Shown in pieces: positions 21,007 through 32,700 of a DNA stretch of 64,000 bases. Made by a program: the position numbers and the translations under genes. The notes beneath the pieces are model-generated. The model was given only the letters and a program-made list of their open reading frames with translations, ran no database searches and was not told where the DNA came from. The stretch is from positions 10,974,001 through 11,038,000 of the forward strand of contig OZ004607.1 of the NCBI GenBank assembly GCA_963924565.1, given 5' to 3'. Source of the DNA: Ascidiella aspersa. Lineage: Eukaryota. Position 1 is the stretch's first letter. Every line of letters begins with the position of its first letter.

Positions 21007-24000
21007 CTACTGCTCTCTCGTGTTGTAAGCATAGTCGGCCTTGTTGTGCATGATAAGCTTGCCGTTGATAAAGTAGAAGCTGTCCGATTTGGTGCTGAAC
21101 GGGTTGTCGATCATCTTTTGCACTGTAACGAAATAAATACATGTTCGCAAATTTTGTAGTCGTCCAAACGGCAGGACTTTTGCTCGTAGTGGAGAGCTGT
21201 AAAGCGACATTTTGAAATTTTGCAAATCTTGGAAAAAATATCCCAGTGGCTTAAGGCAAGACATCGGGTTCTTAATCTGGACAGTTGACAGCAGCTTCCA
21301 TTTATCTGAGTTTCTAAATCCAATCTCGCAAAGTGGGGTATTTTTAATTTGGCTAAACCCAGGGTAAAGGTATGAGTTGGCCAGAATGGCACTTTAAATG
21401 AGTCAAATAACACAGTCATATTTGCCATTTTCATAATTGCATTTGACGTTCGTTATTTAAACCATATCAACCGCAAGGTTAATCTGTAATAAACCTGTAA
21501 CTGGCTAACTTAGACGTTAGGAAATTGTACTGTGCAACAGAGACCGATTGCGTGTTTTTGCCATTACTTAACTTAGATCAGGCGTACTCACGTTTTTTAA
21601 TTAACACTAGCAATCAAGCGTATTTATTTCATAATACATTTAGGATATTTTACAAGTTGCCAAACTGGAGAAAATATAATGAATTGAAGACAAATTACCA
21701 GAATACCACACGTTTACAACGTAATTAAGATTTTACATTTGTTACAACACGCCAATAACAAGAATCCTTTGCGTTATTGTACTGCTGACACAGTCTGTGT
21801 GTTGATAGAAAATAACACCCAGGTTATATGAACCAAAAACTTACAAAAATCTAAACACCAAGTCATGATGCGACCATAACAATGCCAAAACGCCCCTTAA
21901 TACAAATATTTGACGGTAAGTTTTAACAGTCTCTTATAAAAGTGCCACAGCACAATGACAAACAACTTTACGCGTTGACAATGAAGGGGTTGACTTAGCA
22001 AACACCATTGTGTCAACATCCACTCTATAGCTTACTTTTAGTTATCTCTTAAACCACGTTTTTTGCACATTAAGGTACCGGATTTAAAGATTTTGATTTA
22101 AATCCCCATACAAAATTTAATTTAAAAACTTAACTAGTTCATTAATTTACATGAAAAAAAATGACATGATTGCTAGAGCAAACTTTTACTTACTAAGTTC
22201 GTTTGAGAGCTTTGGGAACTCATAGATGTGCTCGCAGGTATTTTTGCTGTTTGGAATGCAGAAGCCAAAGTCGAAGTCAAAGCTCTTGAGCAGCTGGCCT
22301 CCGAAGTAGTGCCGTTCAACCATGCGGAAACTCTCCACTTGAGCGTTTCCAACAACAAACTCCACACTGTCCATCAAGAAACAAAAACTTTAACAAAAAC
22401 AAACATCAATGTGAAAAGGCTCGAGATAAAAAAAAAAAAAAAAAAAAATACATTACACTAAAACTTAAACAGCTTATGACCACTTTATGCTATAGTGAAC
22501 TTTATTTTGTCCATTTGAATTTTTGTACAATAATTTACATTTATTGATATATATATATATGTATATCTACAAACAATGCTCTCCATTTATAATATTAGGT
22601 ATGTCTGGCTGATGTGACCGAGACAATAGCATGATTGTTAGAATTGTTAGAAACATTCCAACTTCAAGTCATAAAACATAAATTCATTACTGCAATACTA
22701 CATGAATAAACAATGTTGTTGTTAGAAAAGTTTTTCATTATTCATTAACTGCCTTTTAGTGGCCAGGGAAGGGGAACTAAAATCCCAAGATTTTAAAACA
22801 GCTAACACAAAGCATGATTTACGTGTTGCAACTGGTGAACAATATTTGGATTATAAAAAATAGCATACGTTAATAATGATCTAAACAATTTAAGTAAACC
22901 AAAGTTAGTTAACCACACAATACAAAGGACCTACGTGGCACCAACTGTTTTAAGTTTAAGGAATTCGGGTGAGAATTGGTAACGGACAAAACGCCCTGCA
23001 TTCGGGTCAGCACTATCAGCTAATGCTTGCAGTTCAGCAGGATCCTCTGAAACATAAAAATAAAAAATTTACAACTAATTTAGTTCTGTTTATATATTAT
23101 GTAACAGTAACACGAACAAGAAACTTATATTCATTAAATTTTAAAAGTAATTTTATGATAAAAAGATGCCGCACTGAACAATAATATATCTTTGTGACTG
23201 TTTGTTAATGGGCAGGGGCTTGTCTTAAAGGTTGTATACTTAAAACCACTAGTATATATATTTTTTGATTAACTTTCAACTTAAGCACAGAAATGAAACT
23301 AAAGCTTGGTATGACAAAACCTTTAAATCACACTATATTATTTTGTAATCCACATTCTCGACTACATTTTGTAATCCACAGTATCCACTACATTTTGTCA
23401 TCCATAGTGTCCTGTTGAATAAGTGAGCTGGGTTTATTAGCCACATTTACTAAATATTTATAATACCTCAAACAGTGACATGTCAGGTATTGTTAAAAGT
23501 CATTAATAATTTATTTACATCTGCTGGTGATAAGTGGCTCAGCGTAGAAGTATGTTACACTTTAAATTTCATAAAAAACACCCTGAAGGACAAGCTATGG
23601 AATGGCAACAGATAACTATAAGTATTAAAATTTGAAATATGTATTATAAATATCTAATATGATGATGTACTATAATTTGGTTGCATCTTTTTCAATGATA
23701 ACAGAATACTAACCTGGTTTTGCAATTTCAAACAAAACCTGATCATTTTCCATATCTCTGATTTTAAACCTTGTGAAATCAATCCCAAATGCATTGTCTT
23801 CAACACTGCAGAGATATCCTAAAACACAAAACACAGATATAATTTTTATCAAAGGCTGTAAAAACACCACTTCTGACTGTTGCTTGCAGTACAAAGATCC
23901 CTTAAAATTAAAACTTGTAACAAAGTTTATTGAGTTTCACTTGTGAGTTTAGCACTATAATTCTCACAAGAGTTAAATTGAATTGTCCATCTATTTTTGA

Positions 24001-24341
24001 AAAAAAAATGTTTTCATTTAAATTTATAAAATAGTGTTGACTTTTATTTACAGGTTTTAAAAATGTACTAGTTTTCCATCTTGAAATGATCTTATGAATT
24101 CATAAAGATTATTTTACAATCAATTATTGCATTCATTAGGCAATTATTAGTTTACATCTGCTTGTTCACCTTCAGTGGCTGTTGTTAGCTTTAGGACATC
24201 TTCTGGAGAGATTGTGCTTTTCTTCAGAAGATCTTCCTCTGTTAGAACGTCTTTGGATTTCCTCTTTTGTCGTGCCAGAAAACTGCCCCCCTTCTTTTTG
24301 CTGTTACCAGAGCCACTCATTGTTTTTGGCGAACTTGCCAT
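21007..24341 (-). CDS. UNC119: Protein unc-119 homolog, 225 aa. Exons 24341-24170, 23818-23714, 23046-22935, 22366-22194, 21122-21007
   Basis: Phase-consistent GT-AG exons give [86 protein letters not shown] and [21 protein letters not shown]. Confidence 0.96.
23340..23412. repeat. Three-copy ~26-bp tandem repeat
   Basis: Unit approximates ACATTTTGTAATCCACAGTATCCACT. Confidence 0.7.
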
Positions 24342-26769
24342 GTATATCTCATTTAAATAAATATAAACAGGCTACAGGAAGGATGCTATAAATAGAATTA
24401 GGCCGAATGAATTAAATTTTAAAGTGTTTACATTTTTAAATGTCTGAAATATATACCTCACAGAATGTAATTGGAGGTGCCAAATCAGGCAGTTAAATTA
24501 TAACTATATGAGTATGTTTAAAAAAGTATCATACTATTTATCTTTGGTTGTGCAGACTAATGATGTTCACCTACATATCAACAGTTGTCCTAAGTAAGCA
24601 CACTGAAATTACTAACCTTAAAACTAATGTTGGATAGAATAACTGAAACAACATGTAAGGCATGATTCTAGATGCATTTAAATTACATACATTCCAGGTT
24701 GGAAAGTAAGGCCTGCGCGGGGGATAAATCCCCCACAGTTTCCTACTCAGCCGCGGTCATACCGCGAATTTCATGTAAAATTAACGTAAAATGCGGTCAG
24801 CCACAAAAAATCGCTCAAAATTTTTGTCGCCAACGGTTTTCAGTATAGTACTACATTTTTAGCCGTGCAAATTTTACAGATAACGTTACCACAGTCGCGC
24901 AAATTTGGGCGGAAATGTTATTATACAGCCGCAAAATCATCTCCCCCGAGCAAAATCCAAAGTTTCCAATCTGGCATACATTAAAAGGCTTGTGGTCCTT
25001 TTAGTTTCAGCTGGTTTTACTGCTGAAGTTGCACAGGCCAGATGGAAACTGTGGCACAGGCATGGCTCACCTATCAAGGTCAAAACCTAATTCTCGTTTT
25101 TACAGTTATACTTTGAACATTATTTTTTAATAAATTGCACTAAACAAATGTACTGAAAATGCTAGCAAAAATTTGTAGGTAATTTAACAAATGGACATTT
25201 TTCTACTTGACTAAAAATTCAATAGAAAGTTCATACACTAAATTTAAATACGGCAAAATCCCAAAATCTCTATACGATAAAAAAACATATAGCTATTCAA
25301 TCCCAAAATCATTATGGTAAATACTAAATAGGCCATACATATCATCAAAATTGCAAATAAAAAACAATAAAAAATAAAAGGAAATATAACAATTTTACAA
25401 AACTATAATGTAACTTTATGCTGATTACTAAGACACCAAATTAGCACAACAATTAAAAATCCAAGAATTATATGTTTTCATACTGTTTGACTTATTTTGT
25501 TTTATAACCTTGCGATGAGCCATTGAATGACCACTTATACCGAATAAGTATGTAAAATAAATTAAAACTAAGCGACTTCATTTTACAGACAATCCGATAA
25601 ACTCACTAATAGGAATGTTATGTTTTAACATACAGCTCATTCCGCATTTAAGATGTCGTTGGCAAGGAAGCGCCGATAAACTGATAAATAATAATTAACT
25701 TCCTTCATAACGTTCTTTTGTCAAACGCGAAGTTGCTACTTTTGTTACGTCTTTCTAAGATTTCTATATTCACAAAAAATTCCCACTAACGGTGGTAGAG
25801 GGCAATTACGATCGTTATATTTTTGAACGCGTTTTATAATTGACCAACTGGCGGCTATGTTTATTGAAATATTAGTTGTTAAACTATTCTAATTTTTACA
25901 TTTAATTACATCCGCGATGTGTAAATGATTTAAAACTAAATGAGCCATAAAATCGTTAATGGAGCCATAAAATTACGTTATTAGCAGTATTTTCACGCCA
26001 ACATGTAAGAGCTTAATGACGAAACTTACCTACGTTATGCTTGGTTAAATAAAATGCAACAATCGATCAGTTTGTGGACTCTTATAATTACTGTTGGGTT
26101 GCAAATCATGTTGCAAAATGTCTGTGTAAATTGTCTAAAACCTCGTGTTACAGCCAATATTTAAAACAAGATTGTGACAATTACAGACCGCTTATCAGAA
26201 AGTAATATTACGTATTTCGTAACATCTTCGCTAAAGTGCTTAATAATGCGAAAATATTGTATGACATAACATTTTACCGTTACCCTAAATGTTGCACTTG
26301 CATGTTGACAAAATTTAATTAAAACTGTTAGTTTATGTCACATTCATGTAGCGCGAGGTTATTTTGAAAACGCAATTTAACAAAAAAAGCCGAGTAATAA
26401 CAACGCTACGAGATTGGTGACAGATTTATTTTTTAAAACCACTTAAATTTGTGCCAAATCTGACAGCATGGCTCACCGCAATATAGCCGATTGTATAATT
26501 ATTAACTTAGGCGCAAAGTGACATAGTTATGTAGCCTACTGCGAAAGTTTGCTTGCTAAACTGGTTCTAGCAAAGAGATTGTAAATTGTTTCTTACAAAA
26601 CTCTGCAGATTCAATCATGTAACAGTTTTCATAAATGTCGTATACAATATCTGCGTTTGTCTGCTTTGTATTGATATTTGCTGGTGGACGTTTAAATAGT
26701 TTGTTGCAAAACGCACAGTAAAAATATGATTACTTTCAGAACTGCGAAGTTTAGTTGAACATCCTTAAT

Positions 26770-29700
26770 ATGAATCTGGTGCCCGGTTTGCTGTTAATTG
26801 TTTGTGTGATCTGTCAATCCGTTGTGACGGCACCAAAGGCAGGCAAAGTAAGTCACGAATTTCCAGTTTGTTTAAGTTTATAACAAATCTAGTCTCCTTT
26901 CACGTGGACTTTGTAGAGACATTCCCGAAATAAAGTTTGTTCACCGAGGTCTTAATTTACCCAATGTTTGGCTTGCAAAGCCATTAGGTTTAAAAACGCA
27001 TTTTTTAGTTTATAACTAAATATTTTAACGTATTGCAAATAACATAACATTTATGTAAATTTTTATGGCTATAGACCAACTCAATGGGCACAAGGCTTCT
27101 TAACTAATATAAACGTGACAAAACTAATGGAAAGCTTGTCAAATTCAAACTGCCTATATTTTCCCTGAGATTTTCTACCACTGATTTCTCGAGCATAGGT
27201 CTGTAATCTGTAACAATATTTTTAGCGAATGGCCAAAAAATCGCCTTGTTTCCGCAAACCTGATAAACCCCAAAACAACCGCAACCTTTATGTAAATAAC
27301 GTTTGACACTAATAAAGTATGTTTTTGTCAAATAACCTTCTTACATCAGGGCGCACAGGTAGACCTCTAAAATTGTAGCGCCACTCCAGGCGAATTTTTT
27401 AAATTGCATTAAGGAATGTTTGCTCAAATGAGATAAGAATAATACGAACTATACCCAGTACAGTAAATATAACTACCAAGCAATCTAAAAAAAATACAGA
27501 TTTTTGGAACATTTTATTATTTCCCTGTGACAAATCTGACGACCCTCTATTGCTCCTCAGCGTTCCGTGGTAAAGAAGCTTTTGTCTATCCTAAAATGAA
27601 TATTTGCTTTTGCCTTTGCAGAGAAAGAACCATGTAGCTTCGTGTCCGGACACATGTAAATTGAGGAAGAGGTTGGCAAAATTCGAAGCGTCAACAGCAA
27701 GTAGGAATTTTTAGCATAATTACCAAAAATGGATTTGAGTTAAAAAACGTTTAACACTGTCCCCCAAAAGCGATGTTTAAGTAACACTTTCACGTGTTAA
27801 TGTTTCACTATTTATAGCTAGCATGACGGTTATGCACGCATTTGTTAAACATGTAGAATCGACAGTGAGAACATTCTACTATTAGACAAGTAAGGGGTTT
27901 TTACTTGGCGTCGGATTTAGATAACGAGCCGATATATTCGTACACGTACACCCTTTACTAAAACATATTACAACCCAATAACCTTAACTATAATGCATTC
28001 CAACCCAATACTTTTTATTTTAGAAGTGAATTTTAAAGTAAAACTATTCAAGAAAATTAAAACGGTCAATTATACTTGATACACTTAATTAATGAAACCT
28101 GAACACACATAGGTGTGTTTACAACTGAAATCTAGCCCTTATGAAGCTGCTTTATGACCTTTATTTATGGTCATAAAGCAGCTTCAGAAGGGCTAGATTT
28201 CAGTTGTAAACACACATATGTGTGTTCAGGTTTCATTGGATTATGATATGGTACTGTGAATCCCCTTAACTTGAAGTTGCTTGTACTAACAGATTGAGCA
28301 AGCATTGTCTTATGGTTGTTTCTTGACTCGTTCCCTTCTGAGCCTGCATAGCTCAGTTGGTAGAGCAACGGTCCCGGCTTGACCGGAGGTCGTGAGTTCG
28401 AACCTCACTGCAGGCTAGTTTGTTTTTCTAGTCTGCTCTGCTTGCATCATTGATCGACAGATTCGGTGAAGAGTCTGCAATGGCTTTCGGTATAGACTTA
28501 ATTTACTGACAAATGTGTAAATTATACAGTTTAAGGCGATTTATTGCGGCGTAGATGAGGTGTTGGTGAATTAAAGGAGTTGTCCAGTTAACGGTTCGCA
28601 TACGTTTGTATAGAAAAACTAAACGATTATCTTTCCGGCAAAGTTCATTTCACCAGGTACGCCCCAATCCACATAATCCAAGTCATTTAAAAAAAAATTA
28701 CGTCGTTGACAATGTGCCCTCACATTGTAGAAAAACTCGCAACGCTGGAAATGCAGCTTCGAAAGAACGAATCGTCGCCTGAATCCAGGGTTTCCTCCGA
28801 CGATGCACAAAGAGTCGTCGAGGCTTTACGCAACGAGCTGTCCAACGAGCTGAACGCCATGTTCGAAGATGGACGCAGCACGATCACTTCCCTTTCCGAA
28901 CAGGTTTGATCTGTTCCGTTGCAACAATAATTTTTACCTTACATGGTAATAAAAAAATGAGGGCACTTATTGAGATTTTATATGTAGCCCTGCAATTTTG
29001 CATCTTAATCTTTAAAAATTAAAAAAATGGATAGGTTTAGTACTTTGTCAATAGTGAAAGGGCATGGCCTCTCATGGGAATTTGCATTGTGTTCAAATTA
29101 TTGTGTACAATTTCGCAAATGTTATGACAAGGATTCCTGCCCAGCATTTTTGAATATCGTCTCTGAGGAACGGTGAACTGTGTAAACCATTGACAAAATT
29201 TATTTAAGAAAACAAAACAAAATTGCTCACAAATAGTGAAATAAATGGGTCTGGGTTCCTTACAAAGTGCAAACAGTGTATGAAATACAGTTATGCGTGA
29301 ACTCTATCAACAACTTAGTCTCATTGTCGCAGACTAGTTCGGGATACCATCCCAAAAGTAGCTGTACTTTCATTGGACAATATGACAATCAGCACAAAAC
29401 GAAATCGCACACAGATAATTCACGCACCGCTGAGAAAACGGAGGATTCCGGCTTCCAAACGCATTAGTCGGCACAAAATGTCTACAATAATTAAATTTGT
29501 TACACTCATGAATCTGTAATTCACCGATTTCGTTATGATCAGGTTGAAGAACTGATTCGAAGCATCCCGGTCCAGGTCTCTCACCTGGTATCCGCCAGGG
29601 GCAATGCGGAACGAAACGACAGCCCGAACACGCCGCTGCTGATCGAGTCTATGAACCGAACACTGGAGGCAGTCACGAGGCAGAACGCGCTGTTGACCAG

Positions 29701-32700
29701 AAAATGTGAGGTGTGTATTCGGTTGTAAAGTTCTTATAGGGAAAACGGTTTGCTGTTGTTTTTTCACGTGACAGAATAATACAATAATTGAACGACGGTT
29801 TTTGAGCGGTAGGCGATCTTCAGGTAGGTGCGGCCCGATACCAACTCCACAAGGTTTCGGCAGAATTTTTTATACAATTTTGCATCTCTTATATTTTCAA
29901 ATTTTTGGAAATCCGCTGACATTTTTCAAAACCGTACAACACTCCAATATGGTAGATTTTCATAAAAAGACAATGCAAGTTATTGAAAATGTATCTCTTT
30001 GGTAAAGTTTAACAACATTAGGCGGGTCGTTATAACATTTTATTTTATTACACAAAAATATGTAACTAAGTGGGGGTTCTGATGAATGCTGATCCTGGTT
30101 TACATCTATTGCTGTCGCTATTTGTTCGGTTCTAGCTTAATTATGTGTTGATTGATATGCAGTTTTGGTGTTGTACAGTCGTAAAAAGCCGTGGTCTTAC
30201 TTTATTTATGCCTTGCACACACAGGAAAGCACGAATTTGGCGAACGTGATTCGACAGCAAAACGCTATTCTCAGCTCTCAAAACACGAAGCTGAGAATTC
30301 ACAATCAACGGTCGAACATCAAGGTAATTGGGGATTTACTTGGGTGCCCGAATGCTCGATAAGGGAATTAATTGATTTGTGAATATATGGGCACTATAAT
30401 GCAATGCATCAAGGCAGGACGTGCGATATACTGCGTTTCATTATAAATATCGATTAAAACATACGAGCAAAAGAGCAGGTACTAATCTAACTGATTGACG
30501 TGCTGTAAATACTGTAAAATTACGACACTCTGGCGCCTTTTGGTACAGATACAGTAAGGGGCGCTGCGAAATACAGTCAACAAACCCGAACAGTCATTTC
30601 CTGTCGTCGCATTTGCGCTTCAATTTGCATTCGCCATTGATTCGCAGGCACGCTTAACTCGCAAGACGAGAACGTCGTTTGTTCAGTTCTGCAAACCGAG
30701 CCCTTTATCTGTTCAAATGCGATACAATTCATTGCGTGCTGTTTAGCCGGAGATTTGCCGGGTGAACTTGGTTCGCACTAAAACGCGATTCACGAACTCG
30801 AACAAACTCGTTGTGCGTTCAACTAAAGCAGTTTGAAAAGTAAAGCCATCAATAGTTTGTTTACGCTTCCCGCAGTTGGAGAATTTGCACTTGCACAAAC
30901 CGGCATGACGACGTTACGCAACTTCCCATATTCGATTTTAGCATTACGCAATATTAAGTCGAGCAAGTTAATCGGGGCATTGAACTCCCGGTACCCACAG
31001 TTCTGTCAAATTGTTTAAAATTTCCTCATTACTTCCCGCTAAATCTTGAACTAACACGTACCGTGAAAAACCATTAGGCCAAAGATGATTGTCCTTACGG
31101 TTTGAAGCCCGCTTGGCGATTCATTATCCTGAAACCGCTAAGAGGCTGGTAGTCCTTTGCTCATAATTGATTGCACCAGTATTTTGAAACAGTGTATTTG
31201 AAATATTCCAGATCGAAAGGTCACCGTCAAAGCAACGTACTACCAATATGTTATTTTTGATATCGAGCGATTCCCTAGTATATCTCGCACTTCCATTAGG
31301 ATAAAATAAACCGTAAAACCTTACGACTTTGCGGGCCACTAGGTATAGCGTATCGGCCGCATGCGAATGACGACTGCACAAACTTGTATTGCACCAATAT
31401 GTAGCTATCCAATGCTATCCGATCTTTACGATTTACAATGTGCAGCCATAACGGTTCGCAACTTGCTTTCGCGCAAGCGAAAGTCGGATTTGGGACTCGA
31501 GTGATCTTAAGTAGTTTATATCGGGTCCCGAGTCGGACTTCAGTTAACTAAACCGGCTATACGTCGAGTCCCACTTCCCAAGTCTGGCTCAGTCTCCACA
31601 GCAGTGGGTTAGAACGTAAATTAAATAAAGCTGTTTGCAAACGTCTTGGTTGCATTTTACCACATCAGATATATAAGGCCAATCTGTCATGGTTTCCTTC
31701 TAATCAAAAAAATATTTGTTTCAGCAAGTGATTGTATTCAAACACACTGTTGCTTTGAAAGGTTTGCAAAACGCTCTTGCTTTCAAAGCACCAACGATTC
31801 AGACTAATTATTATAGTTGCAAATATTTTTATTGTCAGAAGTACCCCGTTAACCTGGTGAATATAATAGTAAACGGGTCGTGTGTATTCATTCCCGACAC
31901 AATGTTGCACTTACATCTGAAACTAAAGGCTGTTTTTAATACCGATGATACATTGGACAAATATAGTACGGTAGTCCGACTCCATTAACATTACTTTATT
32001 GTAAAAGTGTAATTAATCAAATAGGGGGAATCAAGACGTGCGAGAGCCGCGAACTACTGAATCGCGCCATATTTGCTTTACGGTTGATCATAAAGTCCCC
32101 TTTAGTGGTAAACTTTACTGATTAGCGATTTGTCGTTGTACCGGTTCCGACACCACCATAATATCGAAAATGTACCGATACCATACGGAGAATCAGTACC
32201 AGCCCTACTCTAACAAATATTGATATTGCTCTTAGTGAGTTTCCTAAAAGTAAATTATTTAAAAACATATTCTCTCATAGCGCCTAAAGCACTTCCTTTA
32301 ATGTGTTCATCGTTGTACGTTTAGTAAGTTTACCTTGGAGGCGTTTTTCTACGCACTTTCTCTAAATACGCCAGTATCTGCTTTATATCCGCATTTTATC
32401 AATAACAACAAGCGAACAAACTTCTGTCAGAATCGCACAAAAGAATTTAATCAAACACTTTGTGACGAATTTAATGACAACGGCTTTGTATATAAAAAAA
32501 TACTGTACAGTATAAAATCAATTATCAATTATGTCAATTATGTGCTCTATAGCTTATAAAATGTTTTAGAAAAAAGTAAAAAATATTGCGCTGATCCTTG
32601 AATCTTCCCCAAGGATCCATGTTTGGAAGATTATATAGATTCTATAATTGATACAAATGACTGGCAGCAACAGTAAGCTATATTCAATTATATGTGTTGT

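Noticed and set aside
27818-27889. Additional FReD-gene exon
   Set aside because: It has an in-frame TAG or breaks phase; exon 2 joins exon 3 in frame without it.
28341-28416. Functional tRNA gene
   Set aside because: The anticodon arm is shifted and lacks U33, and a diverged second copy shares non-tRNA flanks, so a SINE-like repeat is more likely.
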